IMG/VR virus record: IMGVR_UViG_3300031994_000035
Span: 32,001-96,000 of that record
DNA from: a virus
Lineage: Duplodnaviria > Caudoviricetes
Direction: 5' to 3' (one strand)
Length of the DNA: 64,000 nt
This document shows, piece after piece, positions 56,025-64,000 of this stretch (its first letter is position 1; each line of letters opens with the position of its first letter). The notes under the pieces were generated by a model. The model was not told where the DNA came from and did not search any database. It worked only from the letters and a program-made list of their open reading frames with translations. The translations under genes were made by a program, and so were the position numbers.

Positions 56025-57035
56025 ATGGCAGATTTATTAAAAGTTACACAAGAGGATTTACAAAATGCAAATCAGTCTGAAAATGTAGAAAAGGATGTAT
56101 ACGTCCTAACATGTAGAGAAGACAAAAAGACTACTGGTCGAATCAAGTTTGTACCGTATTTCAATGCGGACGGAACTATCGGTAAGTCAGTTCACAGAAT
56201 TTTTGACGTATCGATATCGTCAGTTGACGGAAATGAGAAATCTTATTTCACGCTTACTGAAGACGACAATGCCACCCACCTTATTAAGTTTCTTTTCGGA
56301 ATTAAGAAAAAACTTAAAAACATGGGTTACGAAACAATGCAGATCAAATCAAAATATTACACAATCGCCGAAGTGTATGAAGATTCCAACAGACCGGATC
56401 TTACGAATAAGATTGTAGTGTTCCGCTACAACCAGACAATTAAAAAGGATGTGATTGAGGCATCCGTGAAAGACATCAGCGATTTGTACGGCGTTAAATC
56501 CCGTGTAATGGACATCCTTTTGAAGCTTGTAAGCAAAACAATTGGAAAATCCGTAGTCAATGTGCCAACCTATGGTTCATGTTCGATTTCAGACGAATCA
56601 TATGAAATCACCGATGAAAACGGCAATAACTTCACAGAGTTGTCTGAAAAGGCTCGTAAGGCTGTAGAACAAAGTATTTCTGATACATCTGAATATCTTG
56701 ACAAGATTAAAGAGCATAACTCTATCAAGAATATCAGTAAGAGCACTTTGAAAGAGTTCAAATTCATTCTTCAGACGCAATATGGCATCACATTTAATAT
56801 CTCTGATTTCTTTGACTCAGAAGATGAAGAGGAAGTGGATGCAACTGCTACACCTGCTGCAAAACCTCAGCAAGTAAAATTGGAGCCTGTTGCAAGAGCT
56901 GAAAAACCTGAAAAGCCTGCAGATGACGACGATGATCTTTTCAATGATCCGAAACCTGCCAAGCCTGCAAAACCTGGACAGGAATTTAAAGCACCTGCAA
57001 ATAAATATGGTGATGATGTAGAAGACATATTCTAG
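56025..57035 (+). CDS. Probable ssDNA-binding protein (T4 gp32-like)
   Basis: I.F.PY, V..D...P...KI.VFRY...I, P.Y..C; acidic tail ending EDIF. Confidence 0.65.
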   Translation: MADLLKVTQEDLQNANQSENVEKDVYVLTCREDKKTTGRIKFVPYFNADGTIGKSVHRIFDVSISSVDGNEKSYFTLTEDDNATHLIKFLFGIKKKLKNMGYETMQIKSKYYTIAEVYEDSNRPDLTNKIVVFRYNQTIKKDVIEASVKDISDLYGVKSRVMDILLKLVSKTIGKSVVNVPTYGSCSISDESYEITDENGNNFTELSEKARKAVEQSISDTSEYLDKIKEHNSIKNISKSTLKEFKFILQTQYGITFNISDFFDSEDEEEVDATATPAAKPQQVKLEPVARAEKPEKPADDDDDLFNDPKPAKPAKPGQEFKAPANKYGDDVEDIF

Positions 57036-57102
57036 TACTTCATAATATTTTATTAACTACTTGTGTTGGATACCGTCCTTGAATTTTTTGAGGACGGTAT
57101 TT

Positions 57103-57765
57103 TTATTTATTGAATTTAGCTAGGTATGAGCAAACCAATGCATATGAATCTATAATATCGTCTATCGGTTTTTTGACCGAGTTATCTTTCTCAACATACA
57201 AGGTTGAAAGATTTTTGGATACATAGTCCTTTAAACCTGGTTCACATACATGCTCTTTTTCAAGGAACGCTGAAAGCATTAAGGATTTATCTGCATTCCC
57301 TTTGCCTGAAAATAGTTTTTTATTATCAGAAGGTGATATTACATATATGTTCTCAGGAGATGTTTCAATTACCAATGCATGACGGAACATAGAATTGAAT
57401 GCTATCAGATCTATGAACGAATTGCCCTTGCTGCCGAAAGAGAATCCTTCAAACACGAAGATGTCATCAGGTTGAGGTTTTATCGTCTCTATGATTTTAT
57501 TGGATAGGTTATAGGCGTTCTTTATCTTCGTCTGTTCTGTTTCACAGTAATCGTCAGATGTCTTTTCTATTTTTTCATATGGAACCACATCTATGTAATC
57601 GAATAAGTTAATATCCATATGCACGGAATATGGCTTGAGGATCTGCCATTTTTCCATCTTTTTAGATCCTACTGACGGAAATGAATAAAACTTTACAACA
57701 GATCCATCCGAAAATCTGGTTATTGCTGTTGAATTGACTGAAAAGTCTATACCGTAAATGTTCAT
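57103..57765 (-). CDS. RuvC-like Holliday junction resolvase
   Basis: GIDFS.NSTA, VFEGFSFG, K...GKGNA.K..M, DIIDS. Confidence 0.8.
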   Translation of the reverse strand: MNIYGIDFSVNSTAITRFSDGSVVKFYSFPSVGSKKMEKWQILKPYSVHMDINLFDYIDVVPYEKIEKTSDDYCETEQTKIKNAYNLSNKIIETIKPQPDDIFVFEGFSFGSKGNSFIDLIAFNSMFRHALVIETSPENIYVISPSDNKKLFSGKGNADKSLMLSAFLEKEHVCEPGLKDYVSKNLSTLYVEKDNSVKKPIDDIIDSYALVCSYLAKFNK

Positions 57766-57775
57766 AAAACTAACA

Positions 57776-59593
57776 TTAAATTAATACCTTATATTCACCG
57801 GCTTCAGTGTCTATGCATTTAACTGTAAAATGATCCTTGCCGTCAAGCATCGCTGAAACCATTGTTCCTCCTATCTGTATATTAACTGTAGCTTCAATCT
57901 TTCTAGAGAATATAACAACTATGTTCTTACCTGTCTGTACAGGGTACTCATCACTGTTAAATTTAAATGCAAGGTAATCACCGTCATCTGTTAGGACATT
58001 ACATGAGACAGTATCCGTACCATATCCTAAATTTACAGTATAGCCGTAATCTTCAGAAATCTCTTCTTCAGAACTGATAAGCGCAACATCAAGTACTGTA
58101 ACATTATCATATGAATCCGTTGATGAAATCTGGTACTTATTGTCAACAACAGATATATCTATGCCTGAACCTGCAGTATACCCTACAATCTGTCTGCTAA
58201 TTGATTCCAATTCATTCTTCAGTTGCTGGTTTTCATTAGTAAGCGCCAGTATGATGTTCTCATACTGTCTGAACCTGCCGCTTATTTCATTATACTGCTT
58301 CTCAAGAGTCATAAACAATGACGAAGCCTTCTGCAATTCACGCATTGCATCCGAAAACATGTTAAGGCCTGTAAGAGTCGACTCGTCTGAAATAGAATAT
58401 GAGTCGCCGGTACCAGCATTGATATCTATCTTAAGGTCAAGTTTTATACCGAATGAGTTGCCATTGTATTTGTCAACAACGCTCGTCTTATATTTAGGAT
58501 ATCTTTGGATGTAGCCTACTACGCCTTCTTCATTCTGCCATTGGACGTTATCCAGAAATAATATGCCATACAGGTTTGTGACAGTTTCATTCCTTGACTT
58601 ATCATATAGATCATAATATATGAGAATCGCATTGAATTCAAAAGCATGGCTGTCTGCTGACAGGTTGTAGTCATTAATGGAGTTTATTTTTGCATTTGAC
58701 GTAATATCATAATAATCTGACGCATTAAAATCTATGCCTATGAATTTATCCATTTCATATGTACCGTCATATTCCGCAGTCGTATCCTCGCTGTCATAGA
58801 AGGCGGTATTGCTTCCGATTACCGAGGATGATGAAGATCTTGAACCTATGATATATCCTGGATCTGTTGTAGAACTGTCTGTTTTAACATTGTATATGCC
58901 TTCATCTTTTCTCTTACTATGTGTAAGGTCATCCTTAAAAATTATTTTAGGAGTGCACCCTGCTTCTGAAGGAATATGCATGTACAATTGTGTATAGCTG
59001 TCACCAGCCTTGTCATTTTTGTTAATGATATCTATCGTCCCTAGATACTTAACGAATGTGTCGTCATTTGGCATTTCTTCAGTGCTTTCGCTCGTATGAC
59101 GTATTTCTTTGTAGTAAGTATCTTCATTCAAATCCAAAAGGCCGTTTGAGACATACTTATCGTCATCCGTAATCGCTCCAAACTCTATAGCGTTTACTTT
59201 CTCAAGCCAGTTGAATAATATCGCTTCAGATGTCGATTTTTCAAAGACATCTGTTGAATCAATGTTCAACATGTATGACTCAAAATTAAGTATGTAGTTC
59301 TGGATGTTGCGTGCAAGCATGTCATTTAATCCATCCTGTGTTGAAGTGTCATATGGCACTGTGGAGTATCTGTCTCTTTTAGGATACTTGATGACGAATG
59401 TATAGTTCTTTTCACGTCTGTCGTCGCTGTCCACGTCAGCGTATAGATCAGGCAGGTTGACGCATGCGAATTTCGAAAATGAAAATTCGACATTTGAATT
59501 AGTCATCATTGACATTAAGTCATTATTGGCAGATGAAAACGTATATAATGTCCCACCTGACGTTTTTAATTTCTGAATATGAGGAGTTCTCAT
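57776..59593 (-). CDS. Putative virion structural protein
   Basis: GGTLYTFSSA, FSKFA, FEFNAILIYYD, NLYGILFLD; coiled coil and YTAGSGIDI fibre-like motif. Confidence 0.5.
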   Translation of the reverse strand: MRTPHIQKLKTSGGTLYTFSSANNDLMSMMTNSNVEFSFSKFACVNLPDLYADVDSDDRREKNYTFVIKYPKRDRYSTVPYDTSTQDGLNDMLARNIQNYILNFESYMLNIDSTDVFEKSTSEAILFNWLEKVNAIEFGAITDDDKYVSNGLLDLNEDTYYKEIRHTSESTEEMPNDDTFVKYLGTIDIINKNDKAGDSYTQLYMHIPSEAGCTPKIIFKDDLTHSKRKDEGIYNVKTDSSTTDPGYIIGSRSSSSSVIGSNTAFYDSEDTTAEYDGTYEMDKFIGIDFNASDYYDITSNAKINSINDYNLSADSHAFEFNAILIYYDLYDKSRNETVTNLYGILFLDNVQWQNEEGVVGYIQRYPKYKTSVVDKYNGNSFGIKLDLKIDINAGTGDSYSISDESTLTGLNMFSDAMRELQKASSLFMTLEKQYNEISGRFRQYENIILALTNENQQLKNELESISRQIVGYTAGSGIDISVVDNKYQISSTDSYDNVTVLDVALISSEEEISEDYGYTVNLGYGTDTVSCNVLTDDGDYLAFKFNSDEYPVQTGKNIVVIFSRKIEATVNIQIGGTMVSAMLDGKDHFTVKCIDTEAGEYKVLI

Positions 59594-59636
59594 GCTTTTG
59601 TTGTTTAATAATAAATAATATAAATTATTTATAAAA

Positions 59637-59999
59637 ATGGATGGACCTATAGAAATTGAAATATTTTACGGCAAGAAAAGTCCGTCCAAACCATTATCAT
59701 CAAAAGAAGAACAGCTGGTAGACTGTAAACTGGTTGCATACCATAAAAAACGGTCAAAATATCTATATACCATATATCAGGTTGTAGAGGCCAACAAATA
59801 TAATGACAGCAATGTAGAAATATTCCTTTCAGAGGCGAAAGCTGAAAAGCCATTAAAGGATGCAGAATGTATGTCAAGTACGAAGTTAATGAAGCTATGT
59901 ACATTTGGCATTATCAAGGATACCGGATTTATTAAGTTCAGTACACGTAATAATCCCGTACTCCCTGACTTCTTTGAATTGGATGTAAAACCAGAGTAA
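59637..59999 (+). CDS. Hypothetical protein
   Basis: 120-aa ORF. Confidence 0.6.
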   Translation: MDGPIEIEIFYGKKSPSKPLSSKEEQLVDCKLVAYHKKRSKYLYTIYQVVEANKYNDSNVEIFLSEAKAEKPLKDAECMSSTKLMKLCTFGIIKDTGFIKFSTRNNPVLPDFFELDVKPE

Positions 60000-60000
60000 C

Positions 60001-60315
60001 ATGGAAATGAAGCAAAATGAAGCAATCGAAATATTAAAAACTGCGTACAATAACATTCAAGATGAAAAATTAAAGGCAGCACTTGATATTGCGATTAAAA
60101 AATTGGATACAGAAAAAGCCTATCATGACTATTTGGACATGAACAAACGTCATGACACTTTTTGGGAATACATTTCACATGTACCAAAAGATAAGTGGAA
60201 CAAACCTGCAAAGGTTCTGATAGATGACGGTATGGGATATTGCGCAAACGAACCTGCTGATGTAATAGATATGTACTATGACCATGACAGCGATACCATA
60301 AGAATCTGGATGTGA
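60001..60315 (+). CDS. Hypothetical protein; stop codon supplied by IS right end
   Basis: TGA 60313-60315 lies within GTGAAC, the reverse complement of the IS end GTTCAC. Confidence 0.6.
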   Translation: MEMKQNEAIEILKTAYNNIQDEKLKAALDIAIKKLDTEKAYHDYLDMNKRHDTFWEYISHVPKDKWNKPAKVLIDDGMGYCANEPADVIDMYYDHDSDTIRIWM

Positions 60316-61615
60316 ACTACCTACAAACTAAAGATTTGTAGGCTTCGGGTTTCACAGACGATTGCTTGCAAGCAAGTCTTACATCATCTCCGCCCGTGTA
60401 ATCGACAGTCCCTGCCGATAGAGTTTTTAATCCTTCTCTAAGGATATTGATTGAAGCATTCAAGTCCCTGTTGTGATGTTTACCACATTTAGGACAAGTC
60501 CATTCCCGTACATTTAAGTCTTTAGTATTTTGATTGATATATCCGCACTCACTACAAGTCTGTGAACTTGGAAAATATCTGTTGATTTTCACCAAAGTCT
60601 TATCTTCCTGACTGCATTTGTATTCAAGAAAATTTACGAATGTTCCCCAACTTACATCTGCAATATGCTTTGCAAGTCTGTGGTTCTTAATCATTCCTTT
60701 TACATTAAGGTTCTCACAACAGATTATATCATAATTCCTTACAAGTTCCGTTGAAACCTTATGCAACATATCATTTCTTGAATTTGCAATCTTCTTGTGA
60801 ATCTTGACAACTTTCCTTCTTTGGTTTTCGTAAGAATTACTGTCTTTGCATTTACGAGAAAGATGCTTTTGTGATTTACTTAATTGTCTTTCATATTTTT
60901 TTGTGTATCTATGGTTCTTATAGACTTTTCCGTCAGATGTGATTACAAAATCCTTCAATCCCAAATCTATTCCAACTGATTTGTTTGTCTTTTCTATAGG
61001 CTCATATTGTTGTTCAGTCAGAATTGCAACATAGTATTTTTCATCGCAGTCTTTTGATATTGTCATTGAATGCACATTACCATTAACTTCGCAATGCTTC
61101 TTGATTTTTATGTTTGATTTAAACTTAGGCAATGATATTGAATTTCCGTTAATGGAACAGAACTGTGGAACAACAAACGAATTTCTGTCTTTCTTTGACT
61201 TGAACCTTGGAAACTTCGCATTACCTCTAAAGAAATTTAGATACGCTGATTCAAGATGCCTCAAACTATGTTGGAGTGTCTGACTATTGATTTCCTTCAG
61301 CCAAGAATACTCTTCTTTCTTTTTAAGAAGCGTCAGTTTCTTTGCCTGCTCATAATAGTTGTCGGACTTCTGTGTTTCTCTATATTGTTCCTTTCGTTCA
61401 TTGAGAAAATGATTATACACAAAACGAACACATCCAAAATACTTGCTCAACAATTCTTGTTGTTCGGTATTCGGATACATTCTAAACTTATATGTCTTGT
61501 ATATCGTCTTCACTATATAATCAATTTCTATAGTTATTTATTTGCAAATTTACAAAAAACTTTTATATTTGTAAATAAATAATTCAAAGACTAAAGACCT
61601 TTGAATTTTCTCACT
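60312..61615 (-). mobile_element. IS200/IS605-family TnpB-only element
   Basis: Subterminal hairpins CCTACAAA-CTAAAGA-TTTGTAGG (60320) and TTCAAAG-ACTAAAGAC-CTTTGAA (61584); right end ..GTAGTTCAC. Confidence 0.8.
60317..61513 (-). CDS. tnpB: TnpB (IS605 OrfB) RNA-guided endonuclease
   Basis: YKFRMYP, FGCVRFVYN, GIDLG, ENLNV, PSSQTCSECG..CPKCG, RDLNASINI. Confidence 0.95.
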   Translation of the reverse strand: MKTIYKTYKFRMYPNTEQQELLSKYFGCVRFVYNHFLNERKEQYRETQKSDNYYEQAKKLTLLKKKEEYSWLKEINSQTLQHSLRHLESAYLNFFRGNAKFPRFKSKKDRNSFVVPQFCSINGNSISLPKFKSNIKIKKHCEVNGNVHSMTISKDCDEKYYVAILTEQQYEPIEKTNKSVGIDLGLKDFVITSDGKVYKNHRYTKKYERQLSKSQKHLSRKCKDSNSYENQRRKVVKIHKKIANSRNDMLHKVSTELVRNYDIICCENLNVKGMIKNHRLAKHIADVSWGTFVNFLEYKCSQEDKTLVKINRYFPSSQTCSECGYINQNTKDLNVREWTCPKCGKHHNRDLNASINILREGLKTLSAGTVDYTGGDDVRLACKQSSVKPEAYKSLVCR

Positions 61616-61647
61616 AAGCAAATTATAAAAATTAAATATTTAATAAT

Positions 61648-62493
61648 ATGCTTAACGTAGTAATACTTTCAAAACCAAGGTTTATAGAAGACCTTGAAGA
61701 CATCATCAGATACTATAACACGGTATTTGACGCACGTGTAATAGCCTTCTGCAACTTTGAAAATACTTTCAAGTCAACTGACAACATCATCATACGTACA
61801 GTCGCTCCCTATAAAGGATTCCATAGACAGGCATTGCTCTATGAGGATTTCATGAATAATAACAATATCATAAATGACGGAGACTATGTACTGTTCGTTG
61901 ATGACGATGAATACCTATTCAGTCCGTCAGACATTAAACTTGAGGACATGTTCAAAATCTATGACAGGGATATGTATGTATTCACAGAAGTCATGATGTC
62001 TTCTAGGAAACTGTTAGATACTAGGAACACTACTCAAAGACTATATGATATCTTAACCTATAGGCAGACTAGAAAGGACAGTCAGTTAAAGTCTGCAATA
62101 AGATATCACAAAGACTACATCTATGATTTCCATACTAAATTAAAAGAAGATCACCTGCCTTTGCACACACCTTTAATCAATAATGAGTTTAAGGCCTCCA
62201 TGCTGTACTTCGACGTTGACGGAAGGTTGAACTGCTATGACGGATTAACCTCATCATATGCTATGATACCAACCGACAATCTGAGTCCTAAGATTTACCA
62301 CTATCATATTAAATCTAGGGAAGATTGGGAATTTAAGATAATGAGGGGAAGCGCTGCAAGCAGAACTCCATGGTATGATTCAGACATTACAAAGAACATG
62401 TTCTATGGAAACTATGATAAAGAAGATTTATCATTCAGACAGTTTATGCAGGAACAATTCTCCAACCGTTTCCAAGGTCCTCAATGTCATTAA
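61648..62493 (+). CDS. GT-A fold glycosyltransferase (GT2/GT92-like)
   Basis: Q..LY, FVDDDEYL (DxD), KSAI, YHYHIKSRE. Confidence 0.75.
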   Translation: MLNVVILSKPRFIEDLEDIIRYYNTVFDARVIAFCNFENTFKSTDNIIIRTVAPYKGFHRQALLYEDFMNNNNIINDGDYVLFVDDDEYLFSPSDIKLEDMFKIYDRDMYVFTEVMMSSRKLLDTRNTTQRLYDILTYRQTRKDSQLKSAIRYHKDYIYDFHTKLKEDHLPLHTPLINNEFKASMLYFDVDGRLNCYDGLTSSYAMIPTDNLSPKIYHYHIKSREDWEFKIMRGSAASRTPWYDSDITKNMFYGNYDKEDLSFRQFMQEQFSNRFQGPQCH

Positions 62494-64000
62494 GGTATAA
62501 CCGTACTTCAGTTGTCTGGGTATTGTCAATGTCTTTATCGTTTTTATTTGGTACAGGAGGATTGCCATTATTGTTATTATTTTTATCATTAATGGCTTTA
62601 ACCACCTTGTCGGTAGATTCCTTGGTCGAATTTTTTGTTTCAACAATATTGCCTTTCATCTGTTCGACAATAATCTGACAGATTTGTTCCACCCGTTTTG
62701 AAAGCTTTTCAAACGGCGTGTCACCAAGCTTTGCTACATCGCTGAATGTTTTAAATGCTCCTGAAAGCGCCGTAGCCTTGTCAGTATCCAAAATGTTTAT
62801 TGCCTTTACAGACCTTTCAAGGCCTTCTGCAATATTTCCAAAGTTTTTATCAGCTACATTACCGAGTGTAGATATATTTTTTGTTATGGAATCAAGTGCT
62901 TCAAGGTCGCCGTCTTCCAATGAATCAAGTTCGTCAAGCGCTTTTATTGTAGACTCTCCACAAATACTTTCAATGAATGAAGATATATTTTTACCCTTTT
63001 CAGAAAATTGCGATGTATCAATTTGCGTTACTGACTGCGACGCCGTAACAAGATCAACTATTGATTTTGAGTAATTTGAAAGATTTTCTGAAAGGTCTGC
63101 GGCATCAGCCAGTTTTTGACTGTATTTTGATATATCAAAGCTTTCTAAAAATTTTGTAATAGTTGTAGAAATATTTTCAGCAATCTTTGTAGGATTCAGC
63201 TTACCTACAGATTCCTTACCTTTACTTGTAGGAAGTGTCGTCTGATTACCTTCGGAATCCGTATGAGGTACTTGTTCTATGTCATATACTGTAAGGTTCT
63301 CAAGATCGGCCCATCCTGCAAGTGCTTTAGCGAATACCATAAATGATCCTGACAATGCAGTAAGGTCTACAGCGATTGCAAGGTATTTAGCAAGTTTTCC
63401 ACCTAGTAAACCTGTCTTAACTTTATCAAGTCCGTCAAAAATTGCATTAACCGCTCCCGAAATATTTTCAGCGACAGTTTTAGGTGTAAGTTTAATAGTA
63501 TCACCTGAACCCTTGAACCCTATAAGTACTTTTTCTTTTTTTCCATCAGATAAAGTTCTTTCTTCATATACTGGATCACCAGTCATCTTCATGCTGTCCA
63601 TGTTAGCCCATACTGCAAGGGCTCCTGCAAATACCGTGAAACTTAATGAAAGTAATGTAAGGTCTGCTGCAAGTACAAGTGATTTGGCAAGCTTGAATAT
63701 ATTAGGCACCTCTAATCCATTAAACAATGCATTGACTGTTTCTGAAATATTTTTGGCGCATTCTACAGTATTAAGCTTGACCTTACCTGTTTTCTTATAA
63801 CCTGTTATAACTTGATTGCCCTTTGAATCCGTACCATATATAGGTTCACTAATATCCATATCTTGAAGGTTCGCCCATACTGCAAGGGCACCTGCAAATG
63901 CCATGAAACTTATAGACAGCAATGTAAGGTCGACAGCAAGCGCTCCGAATGTTGCAAGTTTGAAAGGATTAGGAAATTCAATATTATCAAATAGCGTATT
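62444..64000 (-). CDS. C-terminal part of a tape-measure-like repeat protein (continues beyond window)
   Basis: Repeated DLTLLS.SF..FAGALAVWA..A.NIS units; frame open to window edge. Confidence 0.55.
   Translation of the reverse strand, partial: NTLFDNIEFPNPFKLATFGALAVDLTLLSISFMAFAGALAVWANLQDMDISEPIYGTDSKGNQVITGYKKTGKVKLNTVECAKNISETVNALFNGLEVPNIFKLAKSLVLAADLTLLSLSFTVFAGALAVWANMDSMKMTGDPVYEERTLSDGKKEKVLIGFKGSGDTIKLTPKTVAENISGAVNAIFDGLDKVKTGLLGGKLAKYLAIAVDLTALSGSFMVFAKALAGWADLENLTVYDIEQVPHTDSEGNQTTLPTSKGKESVGKLNPTKIAENISTTITKFLESFDISKYSQKLADAADLSENLSNYSKSIVDLVTASQSVTQIDTSQFSEKGKNISSFIESICGESTIKALDELDSLEDGDLEALDSITKNISTLGNVADKNFGNIAEGLERSVKAINILDTDKATALSGAFKTFSDVAKLGDTPFEKLSKRVEQICQIIVEQMKGNIVETKNSTKESTDKVVKAINDKNNNNNGNPPVPNKNDKDIDNTQTTEVRLYLNDIEDLGNGWRIVPA

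Noticed and set aside
1-64000. Alternative genetic code (TAG=Gln, as in Lak or some crAss-like phages)
   Set aside because: Long genes are intact under code 11, several end in TAG at sensible positions (for example 21756, 57035), and no intact CUA-anticodon tRNA is present in this window.

Overview
A 64-kb segment of an AT-rich, T4-like jumbo bacteriophage genome. The host is probably a Bacteroidota/Prevotella-type gut bacterium, inferred from TAnnTTTG-type promoters, A/T-rich starts without Shine-Dalgarno sequences, and the paralog families present. The standard genetic code gives intact ORFs. Layout: (1) 1-4250 is a dense RNA-gene island with about 15 canonical tRNAs, a tmRNA with a 33-aa tag, several structurally aberrant tRNA-like RNAs, a circularly permuted YrlA/Y-RNA-like element, a raiA-motif-like RNA and a leader-peptide attenuator in front of a tRNA operon. 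(2) 4.3-26 kb carries replication and virion genes: histone-like protein, neck protein, UvsW helicase, clamp loader, Clp-type ATPase, DnaA domain IV protein, baseplate wedge, probable clamp, family B DNA polymerase and a DNA MTase. (3) 26-39 kb is an accessory region with modular paralog families, a free-standing group I ribozyme-like RNA with a non-canonical guanosine-binding site (32.5-33.2 kb), a radical SAM gene followed by two proteins sharing an identical 16-aa IQSFSDVITNSSSELF motif, and a TnpB element. (4) 39.4-64 kb holds an AT-rich repeat region, galactofuranose-related glycosylation genes, an NAD-dependent ligase carrying a capsid-targeting-like N-terminus, thioredoxin, SbcC/gp46, HNH, dCMP deaminase, SSB, RuvC-like resolvase, a second TnpB element and the C-terminus of a tape-measure-like gene. 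The strongest candidates for undescribed biology are the orphan group I-like RNA, the radical SAM/TNSSS-motif module, and the set of aberrant tRNA-like and other structured RNAs. All calls were made by eye, without database searches.
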